64,000 bases of DNA, taken from assembly GCF_963921235.1 (NCBI RefSeq), contig NC_086108.1, forward strand, positions 117,864,001 to 117,928,000, written 5' to 3'. Below, piece after piece: positions 1 through 12,787 of this stretch. This stretch comes from Mobula hypostoma. Its lineage: Eukaryota. The notes beneath the pieces were generated by a model. That model worked only from the letters and a program-made list of their open reading frames with translations. It was not told the origin of the DNA and searched no databases. Made by a program: the position numbers and the translations under genes. Within the stretch, counting starts at the first letter, position 1, and each line of letters starts with the position of its first letter.

Positions 1-2400
1 ATCATAACACCATTAGTTTCAATTTGATCATGGACAAGGATAGATCTGGTCCTAGGGTTGAGGTTCTGAACTGGAAGAAGGCCAAATTTGAAGAAATGAG
101 AAAGGATCTAAAAAGCGTGGATTGGGACAGGTTGTTCTCTGGCAAAGATGTGATTGGTAGGTGGGAAGCCTTCAAAGGGGAAATTTTGAGAGTGCAGAGT
201 TTGTATGTTCCTGTCAGGATTAAAGGCAAATTGAATAGGAATAAGGAACCTTGGTTCTCAAGGGATATTGCAACTCTGATAAAGAAGAAGAGGGAATTGT
301 ATGAAATGTATAGGAAACAGGGGGTAAATCAGGTGCTTGAGGAGTATAAGAAGTGCAAGAAAATACTTAAGAAAGAAAACAGGAGGGCTAAAAGAAGACA
401 TGAGGTTGCCTTGGCAGTCAAAGTGAAGGAGAATCCAAAGAGCTTTTACAAGTATATTAAGAGCAAAAGGATTGCAAGGGATAAAATTAGTCCTCTTGAA
501 GATCAGAGTGGTCGGCTTTGTGCGGAACCAAAGGAAATGGGGGAGATCTTAAATAGGTTTTTTGCGTCTGTATTTACTAAGGAAGCTGGCATGAAATCTA
601 TGGAATTGAGGGAATCAAGTAGTGAGACCATGGAAACTGTACAGATTGAAAAGGAGGAGGTGCTTGCTGTCTTGAGGAAAATTAAAGTGGATAAATCCCC
701 AGGACCTGACAGAGTGTTCCCTCGGACCTTGAAGGAGACTAGTGTTGAAATTGCGGGGGCCCTGGCAGAAATATTTAAAATGTCGCTGTCTACGGGTGAA
801 GTGCCGGCGGATTGAAGAATGGCTCATGTTGTTCCGTTGTTTAAAAAAGGATCGAAAAGTAATCCGGGAAATTATAGGCTGGTGAGTTTAACGTCAGTAG
901 TAGGTAAGTTATTGGAGGGAGTACTAAGAGACAGAATCTACAAGCAAACAACAGGAATTCTGCAGATGCTGGAAATTCAAGCAACACACATCAAAGTTGC
1001 TGGTGAACGCAGCAGGCCAGGCAGCATCTATAGGAAGAGGCGCAGTCGACGTTTCAGGCTGAGACCCTTCATCAGGACAGAATCTACAAGCATTTGGATA
1101 GACAGGGGCTTATTAGGGAGAGTCAACATGGCTTTGTGCGTGGTAGGTCATGTTTGACCAATCTGTTGGAGTTTTTCGAGGAGGTTACCAGGAAAGTGGA
1201 TGAAGGGAAGGCAGTGGATATTGTCTACATGGACTTCAGTAAGGCCTTTGACAAGGTCCCACATGGGAGGTTAGTTAGGAAAATTCAGTCACTAGGTATA
1301 CATGGAGAGGTGGTAAATTGGATTAGATATTGGCTCGATGGAAGAAGCCAGAGAGTGGTGGTAGAGAATTGCTTCTCCGAGTGGAGGCCTGTGACTAGTG
1401 GTGTGCCACAGGGATCAGTGCTGGGTCCATTGTTATTTGTCATCTGTATCAATGATCTGGATGATAATGTGGTAAATTGGATCAGCAAGTTTGCTGATGA
1501 TACAAAGATTGGAGGTGTAGTAGACAGTGAGGAAGGTTTTCAGAGCCTGCAGAGGGACTTGGACCAGCTGGAAAAATGGGCGGAAAAATGGCAGATGGAG
1601 TTTAATACTGACAAGTGTGAGGTATTGCACGTTGGAAGGACAAACCAAGGTAGAACATACAGGGTTAATGGTAAGGCACTGAGGAGTGCAGTGGAACAGA
1701 GGGATCTGGGAATACAGATACAAAATTCCCTAAAGTGGTTTCACAGGTAGATAGGATCGTAAAGAGAGCTTTTGGTACATTGGCCTTTATTAATCAAAGT
1801 ATTGAGTAAAAGAGCTGCAATGTTATGATGAGGTTGTATAAGGCATTGGTGAGGCCGAATCTGGAGTATTGTGTTCTGTTTTGGTCACCAAATTACAGGA
1901 AGGATATAAATAAGGTTGAAAGAGTGCAGAGAAGGTTTACAAGGATGTTGCCGGGACATGAGAAACTCAGTTACAGAGAAAGGTTGAATAGGTTAGAACT
2001 TTATTCCCTGGAGCGTAGAAGAATGAGGGGAGATTTGATAGAGGTATATAAAATTATGATGGGTATAGACAGAGTGAATGCAAGCAGGCTTCTTCCACTG
2101 AGGCAAGGGGAGAAAAAAACCAGAGGACATGGGTTAAGGGTGAGGGGGCAAAAGGGAACATTAGGGCGGGCTTCTTCACACAGAGAGTGGTGGGAGTATG
2201 GAATGAGCTGCCAGACGAGGTGGTAAATGCGGGTTCTTTTTTAACATTTAAGAATAAATTGGACAGATACATGGATGGGAGGTGTATGGAGGGATATGGT
2301 CCGTGTGCAGGTCAGTGGGACTAGGCAGAAAATGGTTCGGCACAGCCAAGAAGGGCCAAAGGGCCTGTTTCTGTGCTGTAGTTTCTATGGTTTCTATGGT
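1..2400 (+). mobile_element. CR1 LINE ORF2 (RT) and 3' UTR, disrupted; 5' part is outside the window
   Basis: Motifs [51 protein letters not shown]; stops and frameshifts; 3' tail TTTCTATGG repeats. Confidence 0.95.
947..1075 (-). mobile_element. Short PLE terminal-repeat insertion with a hammerhead motif, inside CR1
   Basis: Matches the PLE terminus at 7503-7635. Flanked by the duplication GACAGAATCTACAAGCA (930-946 and 1076-1092). Minus strand reads GTC-CTGATGA-AGGGTCTCAGCCT-GAAACGTC-GAC. Confidence 0.9.
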
Positions 2401-2841
2401 TTCAGGAGCCTGTTGGTTGAGAGGTAATAACTATTCCTGAACCTGGAGCTGCGGGAACTAAGGCTCCTGAACCTCCTTTCTGATGGCCGCACTGAGAAGA
2501 GAGTTGGCCTGGATGGTGGGGGTCCTTGACAATTGATGCTCTTCTTTTCAACAGTACTCTTTATAGATGTGCTCAATAGTGGGAAGGGCTTTACCTGTTA
2601 TTGAATGGGTTGTATCCACTACTTTTTGTTGGATTTTCCTTGGTGGGCATTGGTGTTTCTACACCAGGTCTTGATACAATCAGTCAATATACTCTCCACC
2701 AGCTGTCAGAATTTCAGAGGATATGCCGAATCTTCACAAGCTTCTAAGTAGAAGTGCTGGCTTGCCTTCTTTGTAGGGGCAGTTACACGCTGGACCCAGG
2801 ACAGATATTCTGAAATTATAACACCGATGAATTTAAAGTTA
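2401..2841 (-). mobile_element. Rex1/Babar-like LINE 3' fragment, degraded
   Basis: Minus strand gives NFKFIGVIISEYLSW..., ESILTDCI and RFRSLSSRSSRFRNSYY; homologous to 60986-61735. Confidence 0.7.
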
Positions 2842-2844
2842 TAT

Positions 2845-3875
2845 GACCACAGGATATAGGAGCAGAATTAGGCCATTTGGCCCATCAAGTCTGCTTTGCC
2901 ATTTCATCATGGCTGATCCTCTCAGCCCCAGTATCTTGCCTTCTCCTGGTATCCATTCATGACCTGACCAGTCAAGAATCTATCAACCGCTGCCGTAAAT
3001 ATACATAAAGACTTTGCCTCCACAGCTGCCTATGGCAAAGAAATGCACAGATTCACCACTCCCTGGCTAAAGAAATTCCTCCTCAATTCCGTTCTGAAAG
3101 AACATCCCTCTATTCTGAGGCTGTGTCCTTTGGTCTTAGCCTTTCCCACCATAGCAAACATTCTCTCCGTGAAAGTAAGATTGCCAATAATATTAATGAG
3201 GATATCAAAAGGTTTTTCAAATCATGAAGTGTAAAAGAGAGGAAAGAGTGGATACTGGACCACTGGAAAACAATGCTGGAGAGGAACAATGAGGGACAAT
3301 ATAATAGTGGACAAACTAAATAAGTATTTTGCATCATTCTTCACTGTGGAAGACACTAGCAGTTTGGTGGAGTTCCAGGTGTCAGGGGGCAAGAAGTGTG
3401 TGAAATTAGCATAACTAGATAACAATTTCTTGGGTAACTGAATTGTACAAAGGTAGACAGGTCACCTGGACCAGATTGTGTACACCCCAGGGTTCTGAAA
3501 GAGGAGACTGAAGAAATTATGGAGGCATTGGTAATGATCTTTCAAAGAATCACTGAATTCTGGAATAGTTCCAGAAGACTGGAAAACTGCAAGTGTGATT
3601 CCACTCTTTCACAAGGGAGAGAAGCAGAACAAAGGAAACTGTAGACCAGTTAATCTGACCTCGGATATTGAGTCAATTATTAAGGATGAGGTCTCAGGGT
3701 ACTAGGCCATAGTCAGTGTGGTTTCCTTAAGGGAAAATCTTGCTTGACAAATCTGTTGAAATCCTTTGAAGAAGTAACAAGCAAGACAGACAAGGGAGAC
3801 TTGGTTAATCTTATGTACTTGGATTTTCAGAAGGCCTTTGACAAGGTGCCAAACATGAAGCTGCTTAACAAGCTC
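2845..3875. mobile_element. Two degraded CR1 fragments: 3' end on minus (about 2845-3167) and RT on plus (about 3168-3875)
   Basis: CR1 3' UTR signature ggagcagaattaggccatttggccc; plus-strand DFQKAFDKVP remnant. Confidence 0.85.
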
Positions 3876-4009
3876 TGATTCCTTGTTAGCCACAATTGTG
3901 TCATCCTTCCCTTAGCATATCTCTTTCTCTTTGGGATGTACAAATCCCATGCCTTCCAAATTGCTTCCAGAAATTCCAAACATTGCTGTTCTGTAATCAT
4001 CCCTGCTAA

Positions 4010-7000
4010 CACACATCAAAGTTGCTGGTGAACGCAGCAGGCCAGGCAGCATCTCTAGGAAGAGGTACAGTCGACGTTTCGGGCCGAGAGCCTTTATCAG
4101 GACTAACTGAAGGAAGAGTTAGTAAGAGATTTGAAAGTGGGAGGGGGAGGGGAAGATCCAAAATGATAGGAGAAGACAGGAGGGGGAGGGATGGAGCCAA
4201 GAGCTGGACAGGTGATAGGCAAAGGGGATACGAGAGGATCATGGGACAGGAGGCCCGGGGAGAAAGACAAGGAGGGGGGGAACCCAGAGGATGGGCAAGG
4301 GGAATAGTCAGAGGGACAGAGGGAGAAAAAGGAGAGTGAGAAAAAGAATGTGTGAATAAAAATAAATAACAGATGGGGTACGAGGGGCAGGTGGGGCATT
4401 AGCGGAAGTTAGAGAAGTCAATGTTCATGCCATCAGGTTGGAGGCTACCCAGAAGGAATATAAGGTGTTGTTCCTCCAACCTGAGTGTGGCTTCATCTTT
4501 ACAGTAGAGGAGGCCGTGGATAGACATGTCAGAATGGGAATGGGATGTGGAATTAAAGTGTGTGGCCACTGGGAGATCCTGCTTTCTCTGGCGGACAGAG
4601 CATAGATGTTCAGCAAAGCGGTCTCCCAGCCTGCGTCGGGTCTCGCCAATGTATAGAAGGCCAGATCGGGAGCACCGGACGCAGTATATCACCTCAGCCG
4701 ACTCACAGGTGAAGTGTCGCCTCACCTGGAAGGACTGTTTGGGGCCCTGAATGGTGGTAAGGGAGGAAGTGTAAGGGCATGTGTAGCACTTGTTCCACTT
4801 ACACGGATAAGTGCCAGGAGGGAGATCAGTGGGGAGGGATGGGGCGGACGAATGGACAAGGGAGTTGTGTAGGGAGCGATCCCTGCGGAATGCAGAGAGA
4901 GGTGGGGAGGGAAAGATGTGCTTAGTGGTGGGATCCCGTTGGAGGTGGCGGAAGTTACGGAGAATAATATGTTGGACCTGGAGGCTGGTGGGGTGGCAGG
5001 TGAGGACCAGGGGAACCCTATTCCTAGTGGTGTGGCGGGAGGATGGAGTGAGAGCAGATGTGCGTGAAATGGGGGAGATGCGTTTGAGAACAGAGTTGAT
5101 GGTGGAGGAAGGGAAGCCCCTTTCTTTAAAAAAGGAGGACATCTCCCTCGTCCTGGAATGAAAAGCCTCATCCTGAGAGCAGATGCGGCGGAGACGGAGG
5201 AATTGCGAGAAGGGGATGGCGTTTTTGTGTAACGTTCAGTTATATTGGCTCGTGTATGTCTAGGGAAATCCAGCCCAGCACCCGCCACAACACTCCCCAC
5301 AGGGTCGGTTGCCACCCGAATCAATCACAAACATCAATCATCAGCCAGCACACCCAGCGAATTTTAACAAATACACTTTATAAATATTACTAATTCTATG
5401 ACATTAATATACATTTGATACAGAGAGGAAAGTAATGAAAAAAGGTGCCAACACTTATCAAAGTCCAAGTTCTTTGCGCGCTACGTTGGAGCTCAATTCG
5501 ACTTCAGACGACCACCCGAATTCCGTCGACTCACGGCTCGGGACCACCCTGAGTGATCGACCGGAGCCTCTCCACACGTCCGTGGTCTTCCTCGTCTCTC
5601 CTCCGACTCCCCGCCAAAACTCAGTCCACAGTCATATCATACAGCATGGTATCCGAAAACAAAACGATACATAACCACCCATTGGCTAATAGAACCCGGT
5701 TATCTCATTTTAAAGTAAAACAGTTAGCGCAAACTCTCTTCAGCGTTAAAGCACAACAAAGCCGCATTCCCCAGATTAACATAACAAAGTCGCCATTTTA
5801 AATGTAACAAAAGAAAGACCCTGTACATTTGCAAGAGACAGGGTGAGAAGAGGAATAGTCCAGATAGCTGTGAGAGTCAGTAGGCTTATAGTAGACATCA
5901 GTGAATAAACTGTCTCCAGAGATAGAGACAGAAAGATCTAGAAAGGGGAGAGAGGTGTCGGAAATGGACCAGGTAAACTTGAGGGCAGGGTGAAAGTTGG
6001 AGGCAAAGTTAATAAAGTCAACGAGCTCAGCATGCGTGCAGGAAGCAGCGCCAATGCAGTCGTCGATGTAGCGAAGGAAAAGTGGGGGACAGATACCAGA
6101 ATAGGTATGGAACATAGATTGTTCCACAAAGCCAACAAAAAGACAGGCATAGCTAGGACCCATACGGGTGCCCATAGCTACACCTTTAGTTTGGAGGAAG
6201 TGGGAGAAGCCAAAGGAGAAATTATTAGGAGTAGGGACTAATTCCGCTAGACGGAGCAGAGTGGTGGTAGAGGGGAACTGATTAACTCTGGAATCCAAAA
6301 AGAAGCGGAGAGCTTTGAGATCTTCCTGATGGGGGATGGAAGTATATAGGGACTGGACATCCATGGTGAAAATAAAGCGGTGGGGGCCAGGGAACTTAAA
6401 ATCATCGAAAAGTTTAAGAGCGTGAGAAGTGTCACGAACATAGGTAGGAAGGGATTGAACAAGGGGGGATAAAACCGTGTCGAGGTATGCAGAAATGAGT
6501 TCGGTGGGGCAGGAGCAAGCTGAGACAATAGGTCGGCCAGGACAGGCAGGTTTGTGGATCTTGGGTAGGAGGTAGAAACGGGAAGTGCGAGGTGTGGGAA
6601 CTATAAACTTGGTAGCCTCCGGGTCCAACATATTGTTCTCCGTAACTTCTGCCACCTCCAACGGGATCCAACCACTAAGCACATCTTTCCCTCTCCGCCT
6701 CTCTCTGCTTTCCGCAGGGATCGCTCCCTATGCGACTATTCATTCGTCCATTCGTCGTCATCCCCCCAATCCCTCTCCACTGATCTCCCTCCTGGCACTT
6801 ATCCTTGTAAGCGGAATAAGTGCTACACATGCCCTTACACTTCCTCCCTTACCACCATTCAGGGCCCCAGACAGTCCTTCCAGGTGAGGCGACACTTCAC
6901 CTGAGTTGGCTGGGGTGATATACTGCGTCCGGTGCTCCCGATGTGGCCTTCTATATATTGGCGAGACCCGACGCAGACTGGGAGACCGCTTTGCTGAACA

Positions 7001-7637
7001 CCTACGCTCTGTCCGCCAGAGAAAGCAAGATCTCCCAGTGGCCACACACTTTAATTCCACATCCCATTCCCATTCTGACATGTCTGTCCATGGCCTCCTG
7101 TACTGTAAAGATGAAGTCACACTCAGTTTGGAGGAACAACACCTTATATTCCGTCTGGGTAGCCTCCAAACTGATGGCATGAACATTGACTTCTCTAACT
7201 TTCGCTAATGCCCCACCTGCCCCTGGTACCCCATCCGTTATTTATTTTTATGCGCACATTCTTTCTTTCTCTCTCCTTTTTCTCCCTCTGTCCCTCTGAC
7301 TATACCCCTTGCCCATCCTCTGGGTTCCCACCCCCTTGTCTTTCTCCCCGGGCCTCCTGTCCCATGATCCTCTCGTATCCCTTTTGCCAATCACCTGTCC
7401 AGCTCTTGGCTCTATCCCTCCCCCTCCTGTCTTCTTCTATCATTTTGCATCTCCCCCTCCCCCTCCAACTTTCAAATCTCTTACTAACTCTTCCTTCAGT
7501 TAGTCCTGACCAAGGATCTCGGCCTGAAACGTGGACTGTACCTCTTCCTGGAGATGCTGCCTGGCCTGCTGCATTCACCAGCAACTTTGATGTGTGTTGC
7601 TTGAATTTCCAGCATCTGCAGAATTCCTGTTGTTTGC
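4010..7637. mobile_element. Penelope-like element (Neptune-type) fold-back insertion: minus arm 4010 to about 6614, plus arm about 6614 to 7637
   Basis: RT motifs YLLPKIHK, MDVQSLYTSIP, GVAMG, RYIDD; Cys-rich linker plus GIY-YIG (VIYCVRCSRCGLLYIGET). 14-bp TSD ATCATCCCTGCTAA at 3996-4009 and 7638-7651, inside a minus-strand CR1. Confidence 0.92.
5228..5827. mobile_element. Solo LTR (Gypsy-like), 600 bp, inserted in the PLE
   Basis: TGTA...TACA termini and a 4-bp TSD TTTG (5224-5227, 5828-5831). Removing it restores the PLE sequence seen reverse-complemented near 19730-19750. Confidence 0.85.
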
Positions 7638-8932
7638 ATCATCCCTGCTAATGTTCTTTTTCAATCAATTCTGGCCAACTCTTCTTTCATGGCTCTGTAG
7701 TTCCTTTACCCCACTGTAATACTGATACATTTGACTTCTGCTTCTCCTCAAACTTCAGGGTGCAGTCGATCATGTTATGATCACTTGCACCGAAATGGTT
7801 CATTTACCTTCAGCTCTCTAATCAATTCTAGTACTTTGCAAAACAGCCAATCCAGAATGGCTGATCCTCTGGTAGGCTCAAGCATGAGCTCCTCTCATAG
7901 GCACTCTAGAAATTCCCCTTCCTGTAATCCAGCACCAACCCAATTTTCTCAATCTATCTATCTAAAATCCCACATGACTATTTTGCCCTTTTGGCATGCA
8001 TTTTCTATTTCTCATTATAATTTGTAGACCACATCCTTACTACTATTTGGAGGTCTGTATACAACTCACAGGGTGTTTTTACCCTTGCAGTTCCTTAGCT
8101 TTATCCAGAATAATTCAACACTTTCTGACCCTGTGATCAAATTCACCCTGAAATTTGAGAAGGAGAAGCTAAGGTCAGATGTATCAATATTACAGTGGAG
8201 TAAAGGGAATTACAGAGGCATGACAGAGTAGCTGGCCAATATTGATAGGAAAAGAACACAGCAATGGCTGAAATTCTGGAAGCAATTCGGAATGCGCAGG
8301 ATATATTCATCCCAAAGAGGTGGCTAATAAGAGAAGTCAAAGCCAACATGAAAGCCAAAGAAAAGGCATATATTAGAGCAAAAATAATTCAGATGTTTGA
8401 GGGTTGGGAAGCTTTTAAAAACCAACAGAAGGCAACTAAAAAATCAGGGAGAAGGAAAAGATGGAAGACGAAGGTAAGTTAGCTAATAATACTAAAGAGG
8501 ATACCAGAAGTTTCTTCAGATACATAAAGTGTAGAAGAGAGGCGAGAGTAGATATTGAATCACTGAGAAATGACACTGGAGAAGTAGTAATGTGGGACAA
8601 GGAATGAATGGAATAAGTATTTTTCATCAGTCTTCACCATGAAAGACACAAGTAGTATGGTGGCAGGTGTCAGGGCAGAAATATGTGAAGTTGCCATTAT
8701 TAGGGAGAACATTCTTGGGAAATTGAAAGGTCTGAAGGTAGATAAATAACCTGGATCAGATGGTATACACTGCAGGGTTCTGGAATGAATGGCTGAAGAC
8801 ATTGTGGAGGCATTAGTAATGATCTTTGAAGAATTAATTATTTGGGGCATGGTTCCAGAGTTCTGGAAAATTGCAAATGTCACTCCACTCTTCAAGAAGG
8901 AAGAGAGGTAGAAGAAAGGAAATTATAGGCCA

Positions 8933-9015
8933 CCCATACAAAGTGCTGGTGGTTTCACCAGCATTTTGTGTGTGTTACTTGAATTTCCAGCATCTGCAGA
9001 TTTCCTCATGTTTGT
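8933..9015 (+). mobile_element. 83-bp PLE-terminus insertion with an inverted 5' part
   Basis: 14-bp TSD GAAATTATAGGCCA (8919-8932, 9016-9029); internal inverted arms acaaagtgctggtg / caccagcattttgt. Confidence 0.85.
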
Positions 9016-9093
9016 GAAATTATAGGCCAGGCAGTCTGACCTCAGTGGCTGGGAAGATGATGGAGTTGATTGTTAGGGATATGGTTTTGTGTT

Positions 9094-9394
9094 GGCACGT
9101 GGCCAAGTGGTTAAGGCGTTCGTCTAGTGATTTGAAGGTCGCTAGTTCGAGCCTTGGCTGAGGCAGCGTGTGTGTCCTTGAGCAAGGTACTTAACCACAC
9201 ATTGCTCTGTGATGACACCGGTGCCAAGCTGTATGAGTCCTAATGCCCTTCCCTTGGACAACATCAGTGGCGTGGAGAGGGGAGACTTGCAGCATGGGCA
9301 ACTGCTGGTCTTCCATACAACCTTGCCCAGGCCTGTGCCCTGGAAACCTTCCAAGGCACAAATCCATGGTCTCATGAGACTAATGGATGCCTAT
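9094..9394 (+). mobile_element. tRNA-derived SINE (shared head, tail type 1)
   Basis: Pol III A box TGGCCAAGTGG and B box GTTCGAGCC, followed by gtgtccttgagcaaggtacttaacc; interrupts a CR1. Confidence 0.85.
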
Positions 9395-10162
9395 TTGGGG
9401 TACTTGTAGGCCCATGATAAAAAGGCCTTAAATGATAATCTTGCCAGACAAATCTGTTAGAATTTTTTGAAGTAATGACAAGCAGGATAGACAAAGAAGA
9501 ATTGGCATATGTTGTGTACTTGAATTTTTAGAAAGTGGCTGCTTCACAAGTTAAGGGCCCATGGTATTACAGGAAAGATATTGACATGGATAGAGCAGCA
9601 ACTGAATGGGAATAAAGGGAACCTTTTCTCTGGCTGCTGCTGACGTGGTATTCAGGGTTCTGTGTTGGGATTGCTTCTTTTTATGTTATATGTCAATGAT
9701 ATGGATTACAGAATGATGGCTTTATGGCCATGTTTGCAAATGGGTGGAGGAGCAGGTAGTTTTGAGGAAGCAAACAGAGTACTGAAGGACTTAGACAGAT
9801 TAGGAGCATGGGCAAAGAAGTGGCAGATGGAATACAGTGTTGGGAAATGTATGGTCATGCACTTTGGAGGAAGAAATAAAAGCATAGATAATTTTTTAAA
9901 TGGAGGGTGAATTCAAAAATTCTGAGTTGCAAGGTGACATGGATTCCCTAATGGTTAATTTGCAGGTTGAGTCAGTGATGAAGAAGGCAAATCTGATGTT
10001 AGCATCCATTTCAAGAGGGCTAGAATATAAGAACAGGTGTGTAATGTTGAAGCTTTATAAAGCACTGGTGAGGCCTCACTGCATTATAAGCAGTTTTGGA
10101 TAGCTTATCTTAGAAAGGATGTGCTGAAATTGAGAGGGTTCAAAAGAGGTTCACAAAGATGA

Positions 10163-10516
10163 AAATCATCTTCCCAGCTCTTAGTTTCATCCCTCCCCCT
10201 CCTGTCTTCTCCTATCATTTCATATCATGGTATCAACCATATTATGGTTTTATTACTATTTAATTATTTATGGTGCAACTGTAACGAAAACCAATTTCCC
10301 CTGGGATCAATAAAGTATGACTATGACTATGGGTCTCCCCCGACCCCACTTTCAAATCTCTTACTATCTCTTTATTCCGTTAGTCCTGACAAAGGGAGTT
10401 GACCCAAAACATCGACCTTACTTCTTCCTATAGATGCTGCCTAGCCTGCTGCATTCCACCAGCGTTTTGTGTGTGTTGCTTGAATTTCCAGCATCTGCAG
10501 ATTTTCTCATGTTTGC
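10163..10516 (+). mobile_element. Older PLE terminal-repeat insertion with a nested LINE 3' tail (about 10227-10331)
   Basis: 14-bp TSD GTTCACAAAGATGA (10149-10162, 10517-10530); degenerate hammerhead near 10381-10416; nested aataaagtatgactatgactatg. Confidence 0.8.
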
Positions 10517-10924
10517 GTTCACAAAGATGATTTCAGGTTTGAATGGCTTGTCATTTGAAGAGTGTTTGATGGCTCTGGGCCAATGCACTGAAGAAATCTC
10601 ACCCCATGTAAACCTCTTGTACTAAGGAAGTTTTATCAATACCAGGGAAGTTACAGTCTCTCAATATGATAACCCTATTGTTTCTGCATCTTTCTTTTAC
10701 CTGGTGGCTAATAATAATAATAGTAATAAGTACTTATTGATCCCAAGTGGAAAATTTTGTTACTGTAGCAACATTTAAAAACACACTTAGCAGTGTTCAG
10801 ATTTAACAAATAATAAAGTACGGAATAATAATATACCCAATAATAATTTACCAATGCACAATAATAATGTACAAAATAACAAAGCAGAGACTATTGTACA
10901 ATGATGTGTGTTCTCCTGTCATAC

Positions 10925-11350
10925 CTGATAGCTTGTAGGGAGTTTATGCAGAAGGATGAGCAGATGATAGAGCGAAAATGCAGTCAGACTGATGGTTTGA
11001 GATGTGTTTATTTTAATGCAAAGAGCGTCATAAACAAGGTGGATGAACTTAGAGCGTGGATCAATATGTGGAACTATGATGTTGTGGTCATTACCGAAAC
11101 TTAGATGTCTCAGGGGCAGGATTGGCTGCTCAGAGTGCTGGGCTTTAGATGTTTCAAGAAGGACAGGGAGGGAGGCAAAAGAGGTGGCTTTGCTAATCAG
11201 GGATAGTATCACAGCTGCAGAAAAGGAGGAAGTCATAGAGGGATTGTGTACTGAGTCATTGTGGGTGGAAGTCAGAAACAGGAAGGGGGCAATAACTCTA
11301 TCTGCTCCTCAATGTCTCTCTCACTATTGGGGGTCTATAAAAACACCCAA
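10925..11350 (+). mobile_element. CR1 APE endonuclease fragment
   Basis: LRCVYFNAKSVINKVDELRAW...YDVVVITET and ESLWVEVRNRKG. Confidence 0.85.
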
Positions 11351-12440
11351 ATTCTCAATTGGATTGAGGTCTGGATTCTGACTTGGCCTGTCCATGACAT
11401 TAATTTTATTGTTTTTAAACCATTCCTATGTAGCTTTGGCTTTATGTTTGGAGTCATTGTCTTGTTGGAAAGCAAATCTTCTCCCATGTCGCAGTTCTCC
11501 TGTAGACTGCATTAGGTTTTCTGCCAGAATTTCCCTGTATTTTGCAGCATTCATTTTACCTTCTACCTTCACATGCCTTCCAGTGCTGGCTGCATTGAAG
11601 CATCCCCACAGCATGATGTCATGCTTCACGGATGGGATGGTGTGTTTTTGATGATGTGTGGTTTTTGGCTTATGCCAAACAATAACATTTAGTCTGATGG
11701 CCAAAAAGCTCAATTTTGGTTTTGTCAGACCATATCACCTTCTTCCAGCTGACTTCAGAGTCTCCCGCATGCCTTCTGGCAAACTCTAGCCGAGATTTCA
11801 TGTGAGTTTTTTTCAACAGTGGCTTTTTCTTTGCCACTCTTCCATAAAGCTGTGACAGTTGTACGCACAGTCTCTCCCATCTCAGCCACTGAAGCTTCTA
11901 ACTCCTCCAGAGTTGCCATAGTGGCCTCCCTCACGAGTCCCCTTCTTGTCACTCAGCATTTCAGGACGGTCTGCTCCAGGCAGATTTACAGCTGTGCCAT
12001 ATTCTTTCCATTTCTTGTTGTTTGACTTAACTGTACTCCAAGGGATATTCAGTGACTTGGAAATGTTCTTGTATCCATCTCCTGACTTGTACTTTTCAAT
12101 AACCTCTCTGTGGAGTTGTTACAAATCAATTGAAACACTTTGACTGCACACAGGTGATCTCCATTTAACTAATTATGTGACTTCTAAAACTAATTTGCTG
12201 AACCAATGATTTGGTGTGTCATATTAAAGGGGGCAAACACTTATACAATCAACTATTTTATGTTTTATATTTGGAATTAATTTACATCACCTTGTAGAGG
12301 CGTTTTCATTTTGACACAAAAGAGTCATTCTGTTGAACAGTGTCAAAATAAGCCAAATTAAATTCACTGTGTTTCGACGTTGTAAGACAATAAAACATGA
12401 AAACTTTCGGGGGTGGGGGGGATGCTTTTTATCAGCACTG
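11351..12440 (-). mobile_element. Tc1/mariner DNA transposon remnant (one end plus a disrupted DD34E transposase)
   Basis: Minus-strand terminus TA-CAGTGCTGATAAAAAG at 12442 downward; IMLWGCF, FQQDNDSKH and, after the break, PSQNPDLNPIEN. The other end is missing. Confidence 0.9.
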
Positions 12441-12674
12441 TACCTATGAGGCTCCACTGGTCTGGTGGGTTCTGCTGGTCTCATAAGCTCTGATGGTCTG
12501 ACAGAGTAGTTTTGTAGATTTGCTAAGGGTTCTGCTGTTCTGTTAAGTGGGTCAGTAGTCAGGTGGCTGGGCAGTAATAGAGGTAAAGCTCCAACTTCAG
12601 TGGCTACCAGCACCATTGTCCGAAGCATAAACCTGTTGTGGACCTTAGTAATTCCATATTTCATCTTGTTTCAG

Positions 12675-12697
12675 ATCCCAGGAGAGGCAAACATATG
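12675..12697 (+). CDS. 23-nt coding micro-exon of a Vav-family GEF gene (linker after the C1 domain); paralog identity uncertain
   Basis: Acceptor ttcatcttgtttcAG, exon ATCCCAGGAGAGGCAAACATATG, donor GTGAGT. Phase 1 to 0, encodes [D]PRRGKHM and joins the next exon in frame. As recalled, VAV1 has a 23-nt exon at this position. Confidence 0.75.
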
Positions 12698-12787
12698 GTG
12701 AGTTCTGATACTGCTTTTTGACATCATGCATGTGTTTCTATATATATACCTTTTTGTATTGCATGCTTATGTGTCTGTGTTCATACA

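Larger units (their letters stand above)
7638..10582. mobile_element. Degraded CR1 fragments (minus to about 8135, then plus) hosting nested PLE-terminus, SINE and LINE-tail insertions
   Basis: Remnants such as LLFMLYVND, KWQMEYSVGKC and LYKALVRPH, with many stops. Confidence 0.85.

Noticed and set aside
7500..7540. Hammerhead in the fold-back PLE ends (also 4068-4105, 10381-10416, 25135-25168, 34300-34336)
   Set aside because: Core positions are mutated (for example CUGACCA with GUG, and CUGAUAA), so these are not called functional.
9094..9170. tRNA gene (also 26740-26812 and 40965-41040)
   Set aside because: The A and B boxes continue into SINE body and tail, and each copy interrupts a LINE.
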